Source of the DNA: an uncultured Acidobacteriota bacterium
GTDB lineage: Bacteria; Acidobacteriota; Vicinamibacteria; Vicinamibacterales; CAVVIG01
NCBI GenBank assembly: GCA_963773035.1
Contig: CAVYZX010000004.1
Coordinates: 210,135-274,134 of the forward strand
Direction: 5' to 3'
DNA: 64,000 nt
Shown here: positions 46,142-55,838 of the stretch, piece after piece
Numbering within the stretch: the stretch's first letter is position 1
How the letters are laid out: the number at the start of each line of letters is the position of its first letter
The notes under the pieces: generated by a model
Told to the model about the DNA's origin: nothing
What the model saw: the letters and a program-made list of their open reading frames with translations, nothing else
Databases searched by the model: none
Translations under genes and position numbers: made by a program

Positions 46142-47308
46142 CTAGCCCCAGACTTCCTTTGCCGTTTCGACAACGAGCGAGAGCTTCCGGCGCTCGTCGT
46201 CGACGGTCAGCGGATTTCCCATGAAATTACTCGCAAACCCGCACTGAGGACTCAGGCATAGCTGATCGAGCGGCAGGAATCGGGACGCAGCATCTATGCG
46301 CCGCTTGAGGTCGTCGCGCGACTCGAGATTGGGCGTCTTGGACGAGACCAGGCCCAGAATCACCTTCTTGCCCGAGGGAACGTGACGGAGCGGTTGAAAA
46401 TCTCCCGCCCTTTCCGTGTCGTACTCCATGAAGAAGTTCTTGATCGCCACGTTGCGGAACACGACTTCACTCACGTACTCATAGCCTCCGCTTCCCATCC
46501 ACTTGCCGCGATTGTTGCCGCGACACATGTGCATGCCGATCGTGACGTCTGAAGGAGCGCCGGCGGCAATACGATTGAGCACGGTCGCGTAGGTTTCGAG
46601 AATCGCATGCGGATCGTCACCACGCCTGCGCAAAGCCTCCTGGCCTCGCGGATCGCAAATCAACGGAAACGTCACATCGTCGATCTGGACGTAGCGGCAG
46701 CCGAGCTGATGCAACTCCTGGATCTCCGCAACCCATATCTTCACCGCGTCGTCCCAGAACTCCTCGATGTCGGGGTAGATCGTCGAGTCGATCGCAGGCC
46801 GGCCGCCCCAGAAATGCAGCATGCTCGGGGACGGCAGGCTGATCTTCGGAGTTCGGGAAGTGAGGCTTTTCAGAAACTTGAAGTGCTCCGTGAAGATTCC
46901 TTTTGTCCGACTCAGGCGCCTGGTCACCCGGACAATGTGACCTGGAAGCTTGTCGACGGAGCTGTCGTCCTGAAACGGCATCGCCGCTGATACGGCCGAA
47001 TCGAAGAACGTAATCTCGGTTCCCGTGAGTGAAAGCACGAAATCCTGAAACCAGGAGCGGCGCCGGAATTCTCCATCGGTGACAATCTCCAGACCGACGT
47101 CTTCCTGGAGCCGGACGACGTCCTTGATTGCGGCGTCCTCGATCTCTTTCAACTGCGAATAGTTCAGAGGGCCGGAGGCCTGTCGATATTGATCGCCTTC
47201 GGCTTCAGCGCGCGCCTTGAGCAGCTGTGCGGGACGTAGCAGGCTGCCTACGTGCTCGGCTCGGAACGGAGGACCTGTTGTCACGCAGGAATTATATCGT
47301 CCGCTCAA
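46142..47308 (-). CDS. MetE C-terminal-domain-like (cobalamin-independent methionine synthase family) protein
   Basis: PFRAEHVGSLLRP N-terminal motif. Candidate Zn-ligand motifs GMHMCRGN and SPQCGFAS. The start is uncertain (TTG 47308 or GTG 47284). Confidence 0.8.
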   Translation of the reverse strand: MSGRYNSCVTTGPPFRAEHVGSLLRPAQLLKARAEAEGDQYRQASGPLNYSQLKEIEDAAIKDVVRLQEDVGLEIVTDGEFRRRSWFQDFVLSLTGTEITFFDSAVSAAMPFQDDSSVDKLPGHIVRVTRRLSRTKGIFTEHFKFLKSLTSRTPKISLPSPSMLHFWGGRPAIDSTIYPDIEEFWDDAVKIWVAEIQELHQLGCRYVQIDDVTFPLICDPRGQEALRRRGDDPHAILETYATVLNRIAAGAPSDVTIGMHMCRGNNRGKWMGSGGYEYVSEVVFRNVAIKNFFMEYDTERAGDFQPLRHVPSGKKVILGLVSSKTPNLESRDDLKRRIDAASRFLPLDQLCLSPQCGFASNFMGNPLTVDDERRKLSLVVETAKEVWG

Positions 47309-47332
47309 TGACGCGACGCGGCCGGGCAGACA

Positions 47333-49294
47333 TCAAGAGAGCTTGGCAAGTTGCGTGTCGATCAGCCGATTAATCGCCGCCTGCGTGTCGGTGACTACTA
47401 CACTGGAGATACTCATGGTGAGATCCTTCAGCGCGCTGTTCGCCTGTTGATGCTTGCCCGGCTCCACTTTTCTGAAGGCATCGACGTATTGCGACACGAG
47501 CCTCTGTCGATGTGTGCCGGCGTCACCCGCGGCAACGAAGTCGGCGTCTTTCAGCGTCACGAGCGCTGTCTTCAGTTCACCCCAACCGAGATCGATTACG
47601 AGCGGCCTGACCTGCATGAACTCGCCGGTAATCTGCGAAAGGCCGGCGACTTGCGCGACGAAGTAGTTCTCGTCGAATCCGTGCGGACCCGCTTCCGTAT
47701 CGACCTGCGAGTAGGTCTGCGTCCAGGCGCCTGGCCAGTCGCCGGCGAGGCCGCAGCCGGGAATCTTGTAGCCGCGGCCCTTGTTCATCGGACTCTTCAC
47801 GGTACCCTGGAAGCCACCGTTTACGCCGGGTCCGGCGCTGGCGCCCGCCTTCACGTCGACGCGCGGCCACTGATTGTCGGTCGCCGCCCGGGCGATCGCC
47901 TCGACCAGCCAGATGTTGTTGTTGTGGACGTCGATCAGGCTTGTGATGACGCCGCCGTCTTCAGGACGCGCGGGTGAGTACGCGTACGTGTTGCCGTCCG
48001 GGCCTGTCTCGATCGTTTGGCGTCCGCCCATATGCTCCATACCGAGTGTGGCGATGATCGTCTTCAGCCGTTCCGGATGCATCGTGTAGTAGTCGTACTG
48101 CGGCCAGCTGGCCTCTCCACCAGGCATGAAATGGCGGCAATCGAAATAGAAGATCAGCGTGCGCGTACGCTCGCTCTTCGGGAGCCGGTTGAAGTACGCC
48201 ATGATGCCCAGCATGCCCAAGCCGCCGTTCTCCTCGATGAGCGACATCGCGTCGGTATGCGTGGCGAGCAGGACTTGCTCGTCCTGCGACGTGCCGTAGT
48301 TCCTGCCCGGCAGGTACGCGATGACGGCCTTCCCCTTGTCGCGCTGAAAGCGCGCGCGCAGTGTGAGCGTCGCCATTTTTCCGGCTTTCGCGTCGGCAAG
48401 CACCTTTGCGCCGTTGACCCGATCGAGCGTCAGTGTCGGGCAGTTGATGTACGACGCTCCGAGTCCCGCGCGGCCGTTCTCGGTGTACACGCTCCGCTGT
48501 GCGAGGCCGAACGCCATGCCTGGCGAGAGGTCGTACACCATGACGATGCCCGCCGCGTGACTCTTGATGCCGAGCTCAGCGAAGCGGTTCAACTGACTCC
48601 ACACCCAGCGCCCGTAATACGAGGTCGTCTCGGTGAGCGGCGGCGGCGTGAACAGCTCCGGCCACTTGCCGCTCGAGCGCCACTCGTGGTCGGTGACCGT
48701 GTAGTTATCGAGGAAGTTGTTGCTGTACGGCGGCGCCGGCTGCTTCTGCGTCTGAAAGACCAGAATTTTGCCGGCGATCTGCGACTCCGCCGCCGGATGC
48801 GCCGGGTCGTAGTACATCATCTGCGCCGTGATGCCCTGGGGCGAGGTAAAGCCCGATGTCATCCCGTACGAGGCAACGACGGGCACCGGTGTTCCGTCCG
48901 TGATCAGCTTCTCGACCGCGTTCGGCGAGTCGTGCAAGTGGGTTCGCCGATCCGGCCAGTCTTCGACGATGTAGTGGTCGTACGGGATTTCCACATAGTC
49001 GAGATCGACGGCGCCGAACTCCAGCATCTTCGAGATCAGGAAGTCGGTGTAGCGCTTCCACCCCGTGCTGCCGGCGTACGTGGGACCGCACTCGGCCTTG
49101 AATTCGTGCCAGTCCAACGCCTGCTTCGGCGTGATCATGTACGGCTGATGGATTTTCGGGAATCCCGATGCGGTGCCAGTCCGCGCGCCCTGGGCCCAGA
49201 GCGGGTCTCGTATCAGCATCGCACCAGCCGAGGCGCTGGCCGTTGTCCTCAGAAAAGTGCGTCGTGACAGTCGTGAGTTGTGCGTGCGCCTCAT
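47333..49294 (-). CDS. Tat-exported protein with PA-domain/M28-like fold and degenerate catalytic motifs
   Basis: The internal ATG at 49294, after GAGG, gives MRRTHNSRLSRRTFLRTTASASAGA (Tat-like). GKILVF is PA-like. THTDAMSLIEENGGLG occupies the place of the M28 metal motif. Confidence 0.7.
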   Translation of the reverse strand: MRRTHNSRLSRRTFLRTTASASAGAMLIRDPLWAQGARTGTASGFPKIHQPYMITPKQALDWHEFKAECGPTYAGSTGWKRYTDFLISKMLEFGAVDLDYVEIPYDHYIVEDWPDRRTHLHDSPNAVEKLITDGTPVPVVASYGMTSGFTSPQGITAQMMYYDPAHPAAESQIAGKILVFQTQKQPAPPYSNNFLDNYTVTDHEWRSSGKWPELFTPPPLTETTSYYGRWVWSQLNRFAELGIKSHAAGIVMVYDLSPGMAFGLAQRSVYTENGRAGLGASYINCPTLTLDRVNGAKVLADAKAGKMATLTLRARFQRDKGKAVIAYLPGRNYGTSQDEQVLLATHTDAMSLIEENGGLGMLGIMAYFNRLPKSERTRTLIFYFDCRHFMPGGEASWPQYDYYTMHPERLKTIIATLGMEHMGGRQTIETGPDGNTYAYSPARPEDGGVITSLIDVHNNNIWLVEAIARAATDNQWPRVDVKAGASAGPGVNGGFQGTVKSPMNKGRGYKIPGCGLAGDWPGAWTQTYSQVDTEAGPHGFDENYFVAQVAGLSQITGEFMQVRPLVIDLGWGELKTALVTLKDADFVAAGDAGTHRQRLVSQYVDAFRKVEPGKHQQANSALKDLTMSISSVVVTDTQAAINRLIDTQLAKLS

Positions 49295-49406
49295 GGTGAC
49301 CTCGCTCGACGGCCAAGAATAGCCGAAAACGCGGACGTCCAGAGCTATGCTAACGCTCTTGTTGGGCGCGCCCGGCGGGCCGCCCCTCGGCCATGGAGGG
49401 AGTTCG

Positions 49407-50876
49407 ATGAAGCGTCGCGTCCTGCTCGTTGCCGCGTTCTTGTCCCTCGCGATTGGCGTCTCGCCCGCACTGACGCAGCAGAGCGGTGCCGACGACATGG
49501 TCGCACGAATCCGGACGGTAGGGGCTGCAGCGGTCGCGCGCGCTCGCGTCGTATCGAACGCTCACCGACGAAATCGGCGCCCGGCTGACGGGCTCCCCGG
49601 CTCACAAACAGGCGGCGCAGTGGGCGCGCGATCGATTTGCGGAATGGGGACTGACGAACCCGCATCTCGAGCCGTGGGAGTTCGGCCGCGGCTGGCAGCT
49701 CGAACATGTTTCCGTGGAGATGACCGAGCCGCGCTATTTCCCGTTCGTGGTCTACGGCGAGGCCTGGTCGCCGTCGACCAACGGCGTCGTGAGCGGACGA
49801 GCCGTGTACGTCGGCGACAAGAACGCTGTCGCAGATTCAGGCGATGGCGGCACAGCTTCGCGGCGCCATCGTCCTGACGCACTTGCCGCTGACCGAGTTG
49901 GTCGACCACGACCGGCCGCAGCCGGGTCTCGACGATCGCCCGGTCGCGACGGGCAACCCGACGCTCCCGGGCGCGAGGAGCACGACGCCGAACAGCGATT
50001 TGATGCCGCTGCTCGTCCAGGCGGGTGCCGCTGTGGCGCTGAGACCCAGCGCGTACCGGGACGGCACTGTCGGCGTCACCGGCAATCGCAACACAGCGAA
50101 TGACGCCGTGCCGTCGATTATCGTGGCCGGCGAACAGTACAACATGCTCGCGCGACTGGCTGGCCGGTGGACATCCGGTTTCTCTACGGATCGAGCTCCG
50201 GACGCGATACGTCGAGGACGATCGGAGCAGTTACAACGTCATCGCCGAAATCCCGGGACGCGACGCCGCGCTGCGCGACGAAATCGTACTGGTTGGCGCG
50301 CACCTCGACTCGTGGCACACCGCGAGCGGCGCCACCGACAACGCGGACGGCGCGGTGGCCGTGATGGAGGCGATGCGAATCCTCAGCGCGCTCGGCGCAC
50401 AGCCGAGGCGCACGATTCGGGCGGCACTGTGGAGCGGCGAGGAGCAAGGGTTGCTCGGCGCGAGCGCGTATGTGGCGCAGCACTACAACAACCAGTCGGA
50501 AAAGGATCGGCTCGCGGTGTATCTGAACGACGACCCTGGCGCCGGCAAGACGCTCGGCTTCTACATGGAAGGGAATCGTGAAGCGAAGGCCATCTTCGAT
50601 CGCTGGCTCGAGCCGTTGAAGGACCTGGGCGCGACGCGAAACATTCTGGAGGGGATCGGCGCCACCGACCACGTGCCATTCAACCAGGCCGGGCTACCCG
50701 GCTTCAACGTGATCAAGGACTTCCATTCGTACGACGAGCGCACGCGTCATACCAACGCGGACTTCCCGGAGCGCACGAGCGAGGACGCACTGAAGGAGTC
50801 CGCCATCTTCATGGCGACGTTCGCGTGGCAGGCGGCGATGGCCGACCAGAAGATCCCGAGGCTGCCGGCCAGATAG
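49407..50876 (+). pseudogene. M28 family peptidase with PA domain, three frameshifts
   Basis: Signal peptide MKRRVLLVAAFLSLAIG follows GGAGGG. Homologous sequence continues through frames 0, 1, 2 and 0, with junctions near 49521-49524, 49835 and 50160. The last segment has HLDSWHTASGATDNADG and EEQGLLGA. Confidence 0.75.
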
Positions 50877-50907
50877 GTCGCCGCTGCAGTCGCCGAGTCA
50901 CACTAGT

Positions 50908-50951
50908 AATAGAACAGACCTATCGGTCCAATAGAACAGACCTATCGGTCC
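50908..50951. repeat. perfect 22-bp tandem duplication
   Basis: AATAGAACAGACCTATCGGTCC occurs twice back to back. The second copy contains the stop codon of the gene at 50942-51790. Confidence 0.9.
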
Positions 50952-51790
50952 AGGTGGACGCGGTCCTTTTCGTTCTCCGCGCACACGGACTCCAAAATGT
51001 CGGTATCGGGCAACAGTCTCGCCGTGAACTTGATCGTGAACGTCCGGGTGTACATCTTCGGGTCGTCCACCGTCACCTCGATATCCATGTGACCGAAATC
51101 GCGCCGCCTGAACCGCTCGACCAGATGAAGCGCTTCGCTGTGCGGGTGGCCGAATCCATCGAGCCAGGTTCTGTCGTTGAAGCCGGCCGAATCGACGACC
51201 AACGTATCGCCTTGCCACGTCCCCGACGAGTAGCCCATGAACGTTGGATGCGGATCGACTGGCAGCTTGCGTCCGTCGAGATAGATCTGTCGCGGAGGGT
51301 TGTTGTCTTCGAGCAGCATGACGATGAGGCGCGGCGTTTGAACGAACTTGAACGGCGCTATCTGGGTTGAAAACGGAATGCCTCCCGGAAGACAGTGCGA
51401 CGTAGGGATGTCCTTGCCGAGCGTCTGAAGGCGTTGTTGGAAGAGGGCCGCGGCTTCGGGTCGCATCGGCTCCTCTTCACGTTTGAAGTCCGCCAGGATG
51501 TTCAGGCGGTACTTCACACGAGGGACGGTGGGATCCAACGGCGCAGTGCCGGTCGAGTTCCCGGCGAAAACGCGCTGGATCTCCTCGGGAGGCGATGGCT
51601 CGACCTGCCACACTCCGGAGAGATCAGGCTTGCCGTCCGATGTGCGGGGTGCCGCCGCCGACAGGTTGGGTTTGCCGTCTTCCAGGCGCGGAATCGTCGG
51701 ATCTGGGTGGTTCAGCCACTGTGCTCCCGCTGATGTGCTCATCAAGAGCGCCAACAGCCCAGCGAGACGACACCGCATGTGGGGCTTCAC
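50942..51790 (-). CDS. secreted hypothetical protein (distant member of the family at 59373 and 61414)
   Basis: Signal peptide LAGLLALLMSTSAGAQ. Motifs GYSSGTWQGDTLVV, GHPHSE and DDPKMYT. The GTG start overlaps the upstream TGA (GTGA). Confidence 0.7.
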   Translation of the reverse strand: MKPHMRCRLAGLLALLMSTSAGAQWLNHPDPTIPRLEDGKPNLSAAAPRTSDGKPDLSGVWQVEPSPPEEIQRVFAGNSTGTAPLDPTVPRVKYRLNILADFKREEEPMRPEAAALFQQRLQTLGKDIPTSHCLPGGIPFSTQIAPFKFVQTPRLIVMLLEDNNPPRQIYLDGRKLPVDPHPTFMGYSSGTWQGDTLVVDSAGFNDRTWLDGFGHPHSEALHLVERFRRRDFGHMDIEVTVDDPKMYTRTFTIKFTARLLPDTDILESVCAENEKDRVHLDR

Positions 51791-53115
51791 CGTCGCGTGA
51801 CTTCATTGCCAGCCGGAGCTGGTTCGATCCTCAGCAGGGCCCCATCGTTTTCCGCGGTCAGCACGTACAAGAGGCCATCGGGTCCCTGACGAACGTCACG
51901 AATGCGCTGCTGCAGCTCGCGGAGGAGCGACTCGCGGTGCAGCTCTTCCCACTTGTCGTTGAAGTCGATGCGCTCCAGGTGGCCGGATCGTGGCACTTCA
52001 CCCTGTCGCATGCCGCCGGCGAAGACATGGCCTTTCCAGTTTGGAAAGCGGTCGCCCGTGTAGAACGTCAGGCCCGAGGTCGCGATCGCCGGCACCCAGA
52101 ACACCAGCGGTTGTTCCATGCCTTCTTGATAGAACTTCTCGTTTACCCGCGGCCCAAGATAGAAGCGCCCGGCACTGACGAGAGGCCAGCCGTAGTTCTT
52201 CCCGGCCTGCAGCACGTTGATTTCATCTCCGCCGTTGGGCCCGTTCTCGCTTTCCCAAATCGCACCTGTGTCGGGCTGCACCGTGAGCCCGATCATGTTG
52301 CGGTGCCCCATCGTGTAGATCTCGGGACGGTAACCGGCACGGCCAACGAACGGATTGTCGGACGGCACCGTGCCGTCATCCTTCAACCGGAGCACCTTTC
52401 CGGAGAGGCTGTTCGGATCCTGCGGCGGCAGCCCCGCCACATTCGTATACGGCGGCGGAGGATCGCCGAAGCCGACGGTCATGTAGATCGTTCCGTCCTT
52501 GCCGAACACGATTCGCGACGCATTGCCAGAAGGCACCGCCGAGAAGAGGTCCTTCGCGTCGACAAGACCGCTCCCGTCCCATTTGGCCCGGGCGAGCGTG
52601 ATGGTCCCAGGAGGGTTGCCACCAGGCGCATTGCCCGGCGCCGGAGCGGCGCCTGCCGGCTTGTGATACGTGAAGTAAATGAGCTTGTTCTCTGCAAATC
52701 GCGGGTGGAGCGCAAGGTCCATCAAGCCGGCAAGACCCTGAGCCTGAACCGCAGGCAGTCCTGGGACTGGCTTGGGATCCAGCACCCCGTTGCGGACGAT
52801 TCGCAAGCGCCCGGGTCGCTCAGCGATCAGAATCGCGCCGTCCGGAAGAAACGCCATACTCCACGGCTGGTTGAGACCTTTCGTCGGAACGACACGGATC
52901 TGGTGCTGGATCGCGGTGTCGTAGACCATCGGTTCGGAGGGCAGCGGCGGTGACGGCCAGATGATTGGCGGAGGCGCCGTCGCTCCTCGTGCGGCTGGTG
53001 GCTGCGGACCACGCCCGCTGCCTGGAGCGTTCGGAGGCGTTTGCTGCGCGTGACCTGCAGCCACGAGAGCCGCCGCGACGGCGGCTGACGATAGGACACG
53101 GAAACCCGTCTTCAT
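51787..53115 (-). CDS. PQQ-dependent sugar dehydrogenase (glucose/sorbosone dehydrogenase family), secreted
   Basis: Signal peptide. Motifs PWSMAFLPDG, GHRN and GGDEINVLQAGKNYGWP. Confidence 0.9.
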   Translation of the reverse strand: MKTGFRVLSSAAVAAALVAAGHAQQTPPNAPGSGRGPQPPAARGATAPPPIIWPSPPLPSEPMVYDTAIQHQIRVVPTKGLNQPWSMAFLPDGAILIAERPGRLRIVRNGVLDPKPVPGLPAVQAQGLAGLMDLALHPRFAENKLIYFTYHKPAGAAPAPGNAPGGNPPGTITLARAKWDGSGLVDAKDLFSAVPSGNASRIVFGKDGTIYMTVGFGDPPPPYTNVAGLPPQDPNSLSGKVLRLKDDGTVPSDNPFVGRAGYRPEIYTMGHRNMIGLTVQPDTGAIWESENGPNGGDEINVLQAGKNYGWPLVSAGRFYLGPRVNEKFYQEGMEQPLVFWVPAIATSGLTFYTGDRFPNWKGHVFAGGMRQGEVPRSGHLERIDFNDKWEELHRESLLRELQQRIRDVRQGPDGLLYVLTAENDGALLRIEPAPAGNEVTRR

Positions 53116-53140
53116 GAATGACTCCTCACTTACTTCGCGT

Positions 53141-53211
53141 GGGGCCCCACCCCCACGCGCTCGCCGAACTGACGCTGTTCCTCGGCCTCGAGCGTAGACT
53201 CTCGGCCTCGG
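53141..53211. repeat. 71-nt conserved element, copy B
   Basis: Matches 44812-44882. Lies 25 nt upstream of the PQQ sugar dehydrogenase start codon on the minus strand. Confidence 0.65.
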
Positions 53212-53290
53212 CAGATTGCTGAAGCCTTCCCGCCTCCGCTCGCTCGATTTTCGTGCGAGCGTCGCTGAGTATATCGGCTCTCGTCTTGAG

Positions 53291-53389
53291 GCTTCCAGCT
53301 TCCAGCTCTCAGCTACCAGCTGTCAGTTATGTGCCTCTCGGAATCTCACGCGGGCTGCTGGCGCAGCTGGAAGCTGGAAGCTGGAAGCT
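53291..53389. repeat. inverted repeat of CTTCCAG/CTGGAAG heptamer tandem units
   Basis: gcttccagcttccagctc (53291-53308) is complementary to gctggaagctggaagctggaagc (53366-53388). Confidence 0.6.
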
Positions 53390-53464
53390 GTTATAGTTCC
53401 CCTCGTCGCTTCCAGTGTCAGCCTTCGACCTGCATCATCAGCTCACATTCAGGAGGTAGAGCCC

Positions 53465-54064
53465 ATGCGCGTTTTCCAGTATCGCGTCGCGGTGTTGTCG
53501 GCGTGCCTGCCGATCGCGGTCGCGATCTCCGGTTGCAGTCAACCGCCCGCTCAGCCCGCAACGCCGGCCACTACAGCACCGGCGGCTGCTCCAGCGCAAA
53601 CCCCTGCCGAGCGCGGGAAGGTATTGGTCACTGTCGGGGGCTGCCACGACTGTCATTCTCCGAAGAAGATCGGACCGGGTGGACCCGAGCCCGATATGAG
53701 CCGGGCGCTCTCCGGTCATCGGGAGGACGTCAAGGTCACCGCTGGATTCAAGACTCCCAAAGGCAGCCCTTATGTGATTCATACGATCGGCGACCTGACC
53801 GCGTGGAGCGGTGAGTGGGGCGTCTCGTTCGCGGCAAATCTCACGCCGGATCCGGATACGGGAATGAGCATGCCCGAACGGTCGTTCCTGGCCGCCATGA
53901 AGTCCGGGGCGCACCTGGGCAGCTCGCGACCGATCCTGCCGCCGATGCCGTGGCAGATGTACGCAATGCTCAGCGACGACGACCTGAAGGCGATCTACGC
54001 GTACCTCAAGACGCTGGCACCGGTGAAGAACAAGGTGCCGGATCCCATTCCGCCGGCGAAATGA
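53465..54064 (+). CDS. cytochrome c family lipoprotein
   Basis: The ATG at 53465 follows AGGAGG. Lipobox-like AISGCS and heme motif CHDCH. Confidence 0.8.
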   Translation: MRVFQYRVAVLSACLPIAVAISGCSQPPAQPATPATTAPAAAPAQTPAERGKVLVTVGGCHDCHSPKKIGPGGPEPDMSRALSGHREDVKVTAGFKTPKGSPYVIHTIGDLTAWSGEWGVSFAANLTPDPDTGMSMPERSFLAAMKSGAHLGSSRPILPPMPWQMYAMLSDDDLKAIYAYLKTLAPVKNKVPDPIPPAK

Positions 54065-54076
54065 ACGAATGCTGCA

Positions 54077-54153
54077 TTTGAGAATGTGAGGATTTGAGGA
54101 TTTGAGGATTTGGTTCCTCCGATTCTTCGATTCTCAAATCCCAGATTCTCAAA
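54077..54153. terminator. long imperfect hairpin between convergent genes (GAGGATTT x3 arm)
   Basis: tttgagaatgtgaggatttgag pairs with ctcaaatcccagattctcaaa. Lies between the cytochrome c stop and the SDR stop. No clear U-tract. Confidence 0.4.
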
Positions 54154-54167
54154 TTGCGTGTTGCGTC

Positions 54168-54977
54168 TTAGGCCGGCCGCGCGTTGACGCTGAACCCGCC
54201 GTCGATCACCAGATGTGACCCCGTAATGTAGCGCGCCCGATCCGAGGCGAGGAAGACCACGGCACTGGCGACCTCGTCCATCTCCGCCCATCGTCCCGAC
54301 AGGATTCCCATCTTCCGGCAGAATTCGCTGAGAAATTCGGGCTTTGATTTCCCCTGCTGCTTGGCCATGTTTTCGGCCCACGCTTCGCGCGCCTCGGTAC
54401 CGACGAGTCCGGGCTCGACTGCGTTGACGGTGATCTTCTCTGCCGCGAGATCCTGAGCCAGATACTTCGTCGCATGGTTCATGGCCGAGTTATTGAGGCC
54501 GTGCGTGAGGGCCGGCACCCAGACGCTCGTCCCGGCAACTCCACTGATACTGATAATCCGGCCGCTTCCGTCGCGAGCCAGCTGTGGCAGAAATACCTGG
54601 GTCGTGCGGAGCATACCCAACAACTTCAAGTTGAGATCGTCGCTCCAATCGGTGTCGGGCCAGTTGATCTGCCGATCCATACGACGAATCGGTCCGCCGG
54701 CGTTGTTGACCACGATATGAACGGTAGGAAACTGGCTCTTGACCGCCGCGGCTGCTTCCTGCACGGACTCGGTCTTGCTGATGTCGGCGGGCACTCCGAG
54801 CACGCGTACGCCTGCCGCCTTGCAGATCTCCGCGACCGTCTTGTCCAACTGCTCCTTACCGCGAGCGATCAACGCCAGGTCGACGCCTTCTGCCGCCAGC
54901 GCGCGCGCGATTGCCTTGCCGATCCCTCTGCTGCCACCCGTGATTACCGCCACTCTGTTCTTCAGTCCAAGGTCCAT
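54168..54977 (-). CDS. SDR family oxidoreductase
   Basis: TGGSRGIGKAIA cofactor motif, NNAG, and a catalytic Y-x3-K region. Confidence 0.95.
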   Translation of the reverse strand: MDLGLKNRVAVITGGSRGIGKAIARALAAEGVDLALIARGKEQLDKTVAEICKAAGVRVLGVPADISKTESVQEAAAAVKSQFPTVHIVVNNAGGPIRRMDRQINWPDTDWSDDLNLKLLGMLRTTQVFLPQLARDGSGRIISISGVAGTSVWVPALTHGLNNSAMNHATKYLAQDLAAEKITVNAVEPGLVGTEAREAWAENMAKQQGKSKPEFLSEFCRKMGILSGRWAEMDEVASAVVFLASDRARYITGSHLVIDGGFSVNARPA

Positions 54978-55037
54978 CAGGTTCTCCAGATCCCACGACC
55001 TTCGTCGAGGATAGTCTGCACTAATCGCTATTTTCCT

Positions 55038-55787
55038 TTACTGTTTCCGGGCCACCAGAATCCAGTCCGCTCCCGATTCTCGAAGCTCACATATCCGAAA
55101 CCCGACTTTCGAAAGAATGAATTGGATCTCATCACGTGAATATCCCCTCACCCTGGCAGCAGGCCGCTGGTCTTTCGGAACAAAGACATACATCAAGAAC
55201 GAGTCAAAATGTTTGTCGGATTGTAGATTCGGGAACTGGACGACGAATGTGCCTGCTTCCTTAAGCACCCGATGGATCTCCAACAGGTACAAGAACGCAT
55301 CCTCTTTCTCCAGGTGCTGCAACATCAGCAGCGAAAACACTGCGTCGAATTTTGCGTCCGGATACATTCCCAGGTCTCTTCCATTGCCGAGCTTCAGAGA
55401 GACATTGCGAAACGGAAGCCTCTCGGACGCTTTGCTCAGCATGACCGAAGAAATGTCGACGGCATGGAGTTCGCGGCAACCTTGAGCCAAGTATTTTTCT
55501 ACTCTTCCAATTCCGCACCCGACATCCAGCACCACCTTATCCCTGCCGATCGTCTCCAGTAGCCATGTTGCTTCGATTCTTCCCGAGTGATCGAATTCGT
55601 CTTCCTGAGATGCGCCGGTCAGAATCTCGGACATGGCGGCTTGCTTCGCAAGGTGATTCCACCACCTCTTGTAAGAGCGCAGCCTTCTACGAAAAAAGAA
55701 CTCTCGCACGTGCTGCGCCTCGAGCCGCACGAACCAAGTAATCTTGGGAATGACCTTCTGCAGAGGCGTTCTGTTTTGAGGATCCAT
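55038..55787 (-). CDS. class I SAM-dependent methyltransferase (low-GC gene)
   Basis: Motif I VLDVGCGIGRV. By-eye GC is about 50% against about 65% in the flanks. Confidence 0.85.
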   Translation of the reverse strand: MDPQNRTPLQKVIPKITWFVRLEAQHVREFFFRRRLRSYKRWWNHLAKQAAMSEILTGASQEDEFDHSGRIEATWLLETIGRDKVVLDVGCGIGRVEKYLAQGCRELHAVDISSVMLSKASERLPFRNVSLKLGNGRDLGMYPDAKFDAVFSLLMLQHLEKEDAFLYLLEIHRVLKEAGTFVVQFPNLQSDKHFDSFLMYVFVPKDQRPAARVRGYSRDEIQFILSKVGFRICELRESGADWILVARKQ

Positions 55788-55838
55788 CCTGAGCAGAGTG
55801 CTTCCTGCCTGGTCGAAGCACGCCGATGCGTTACGCGC

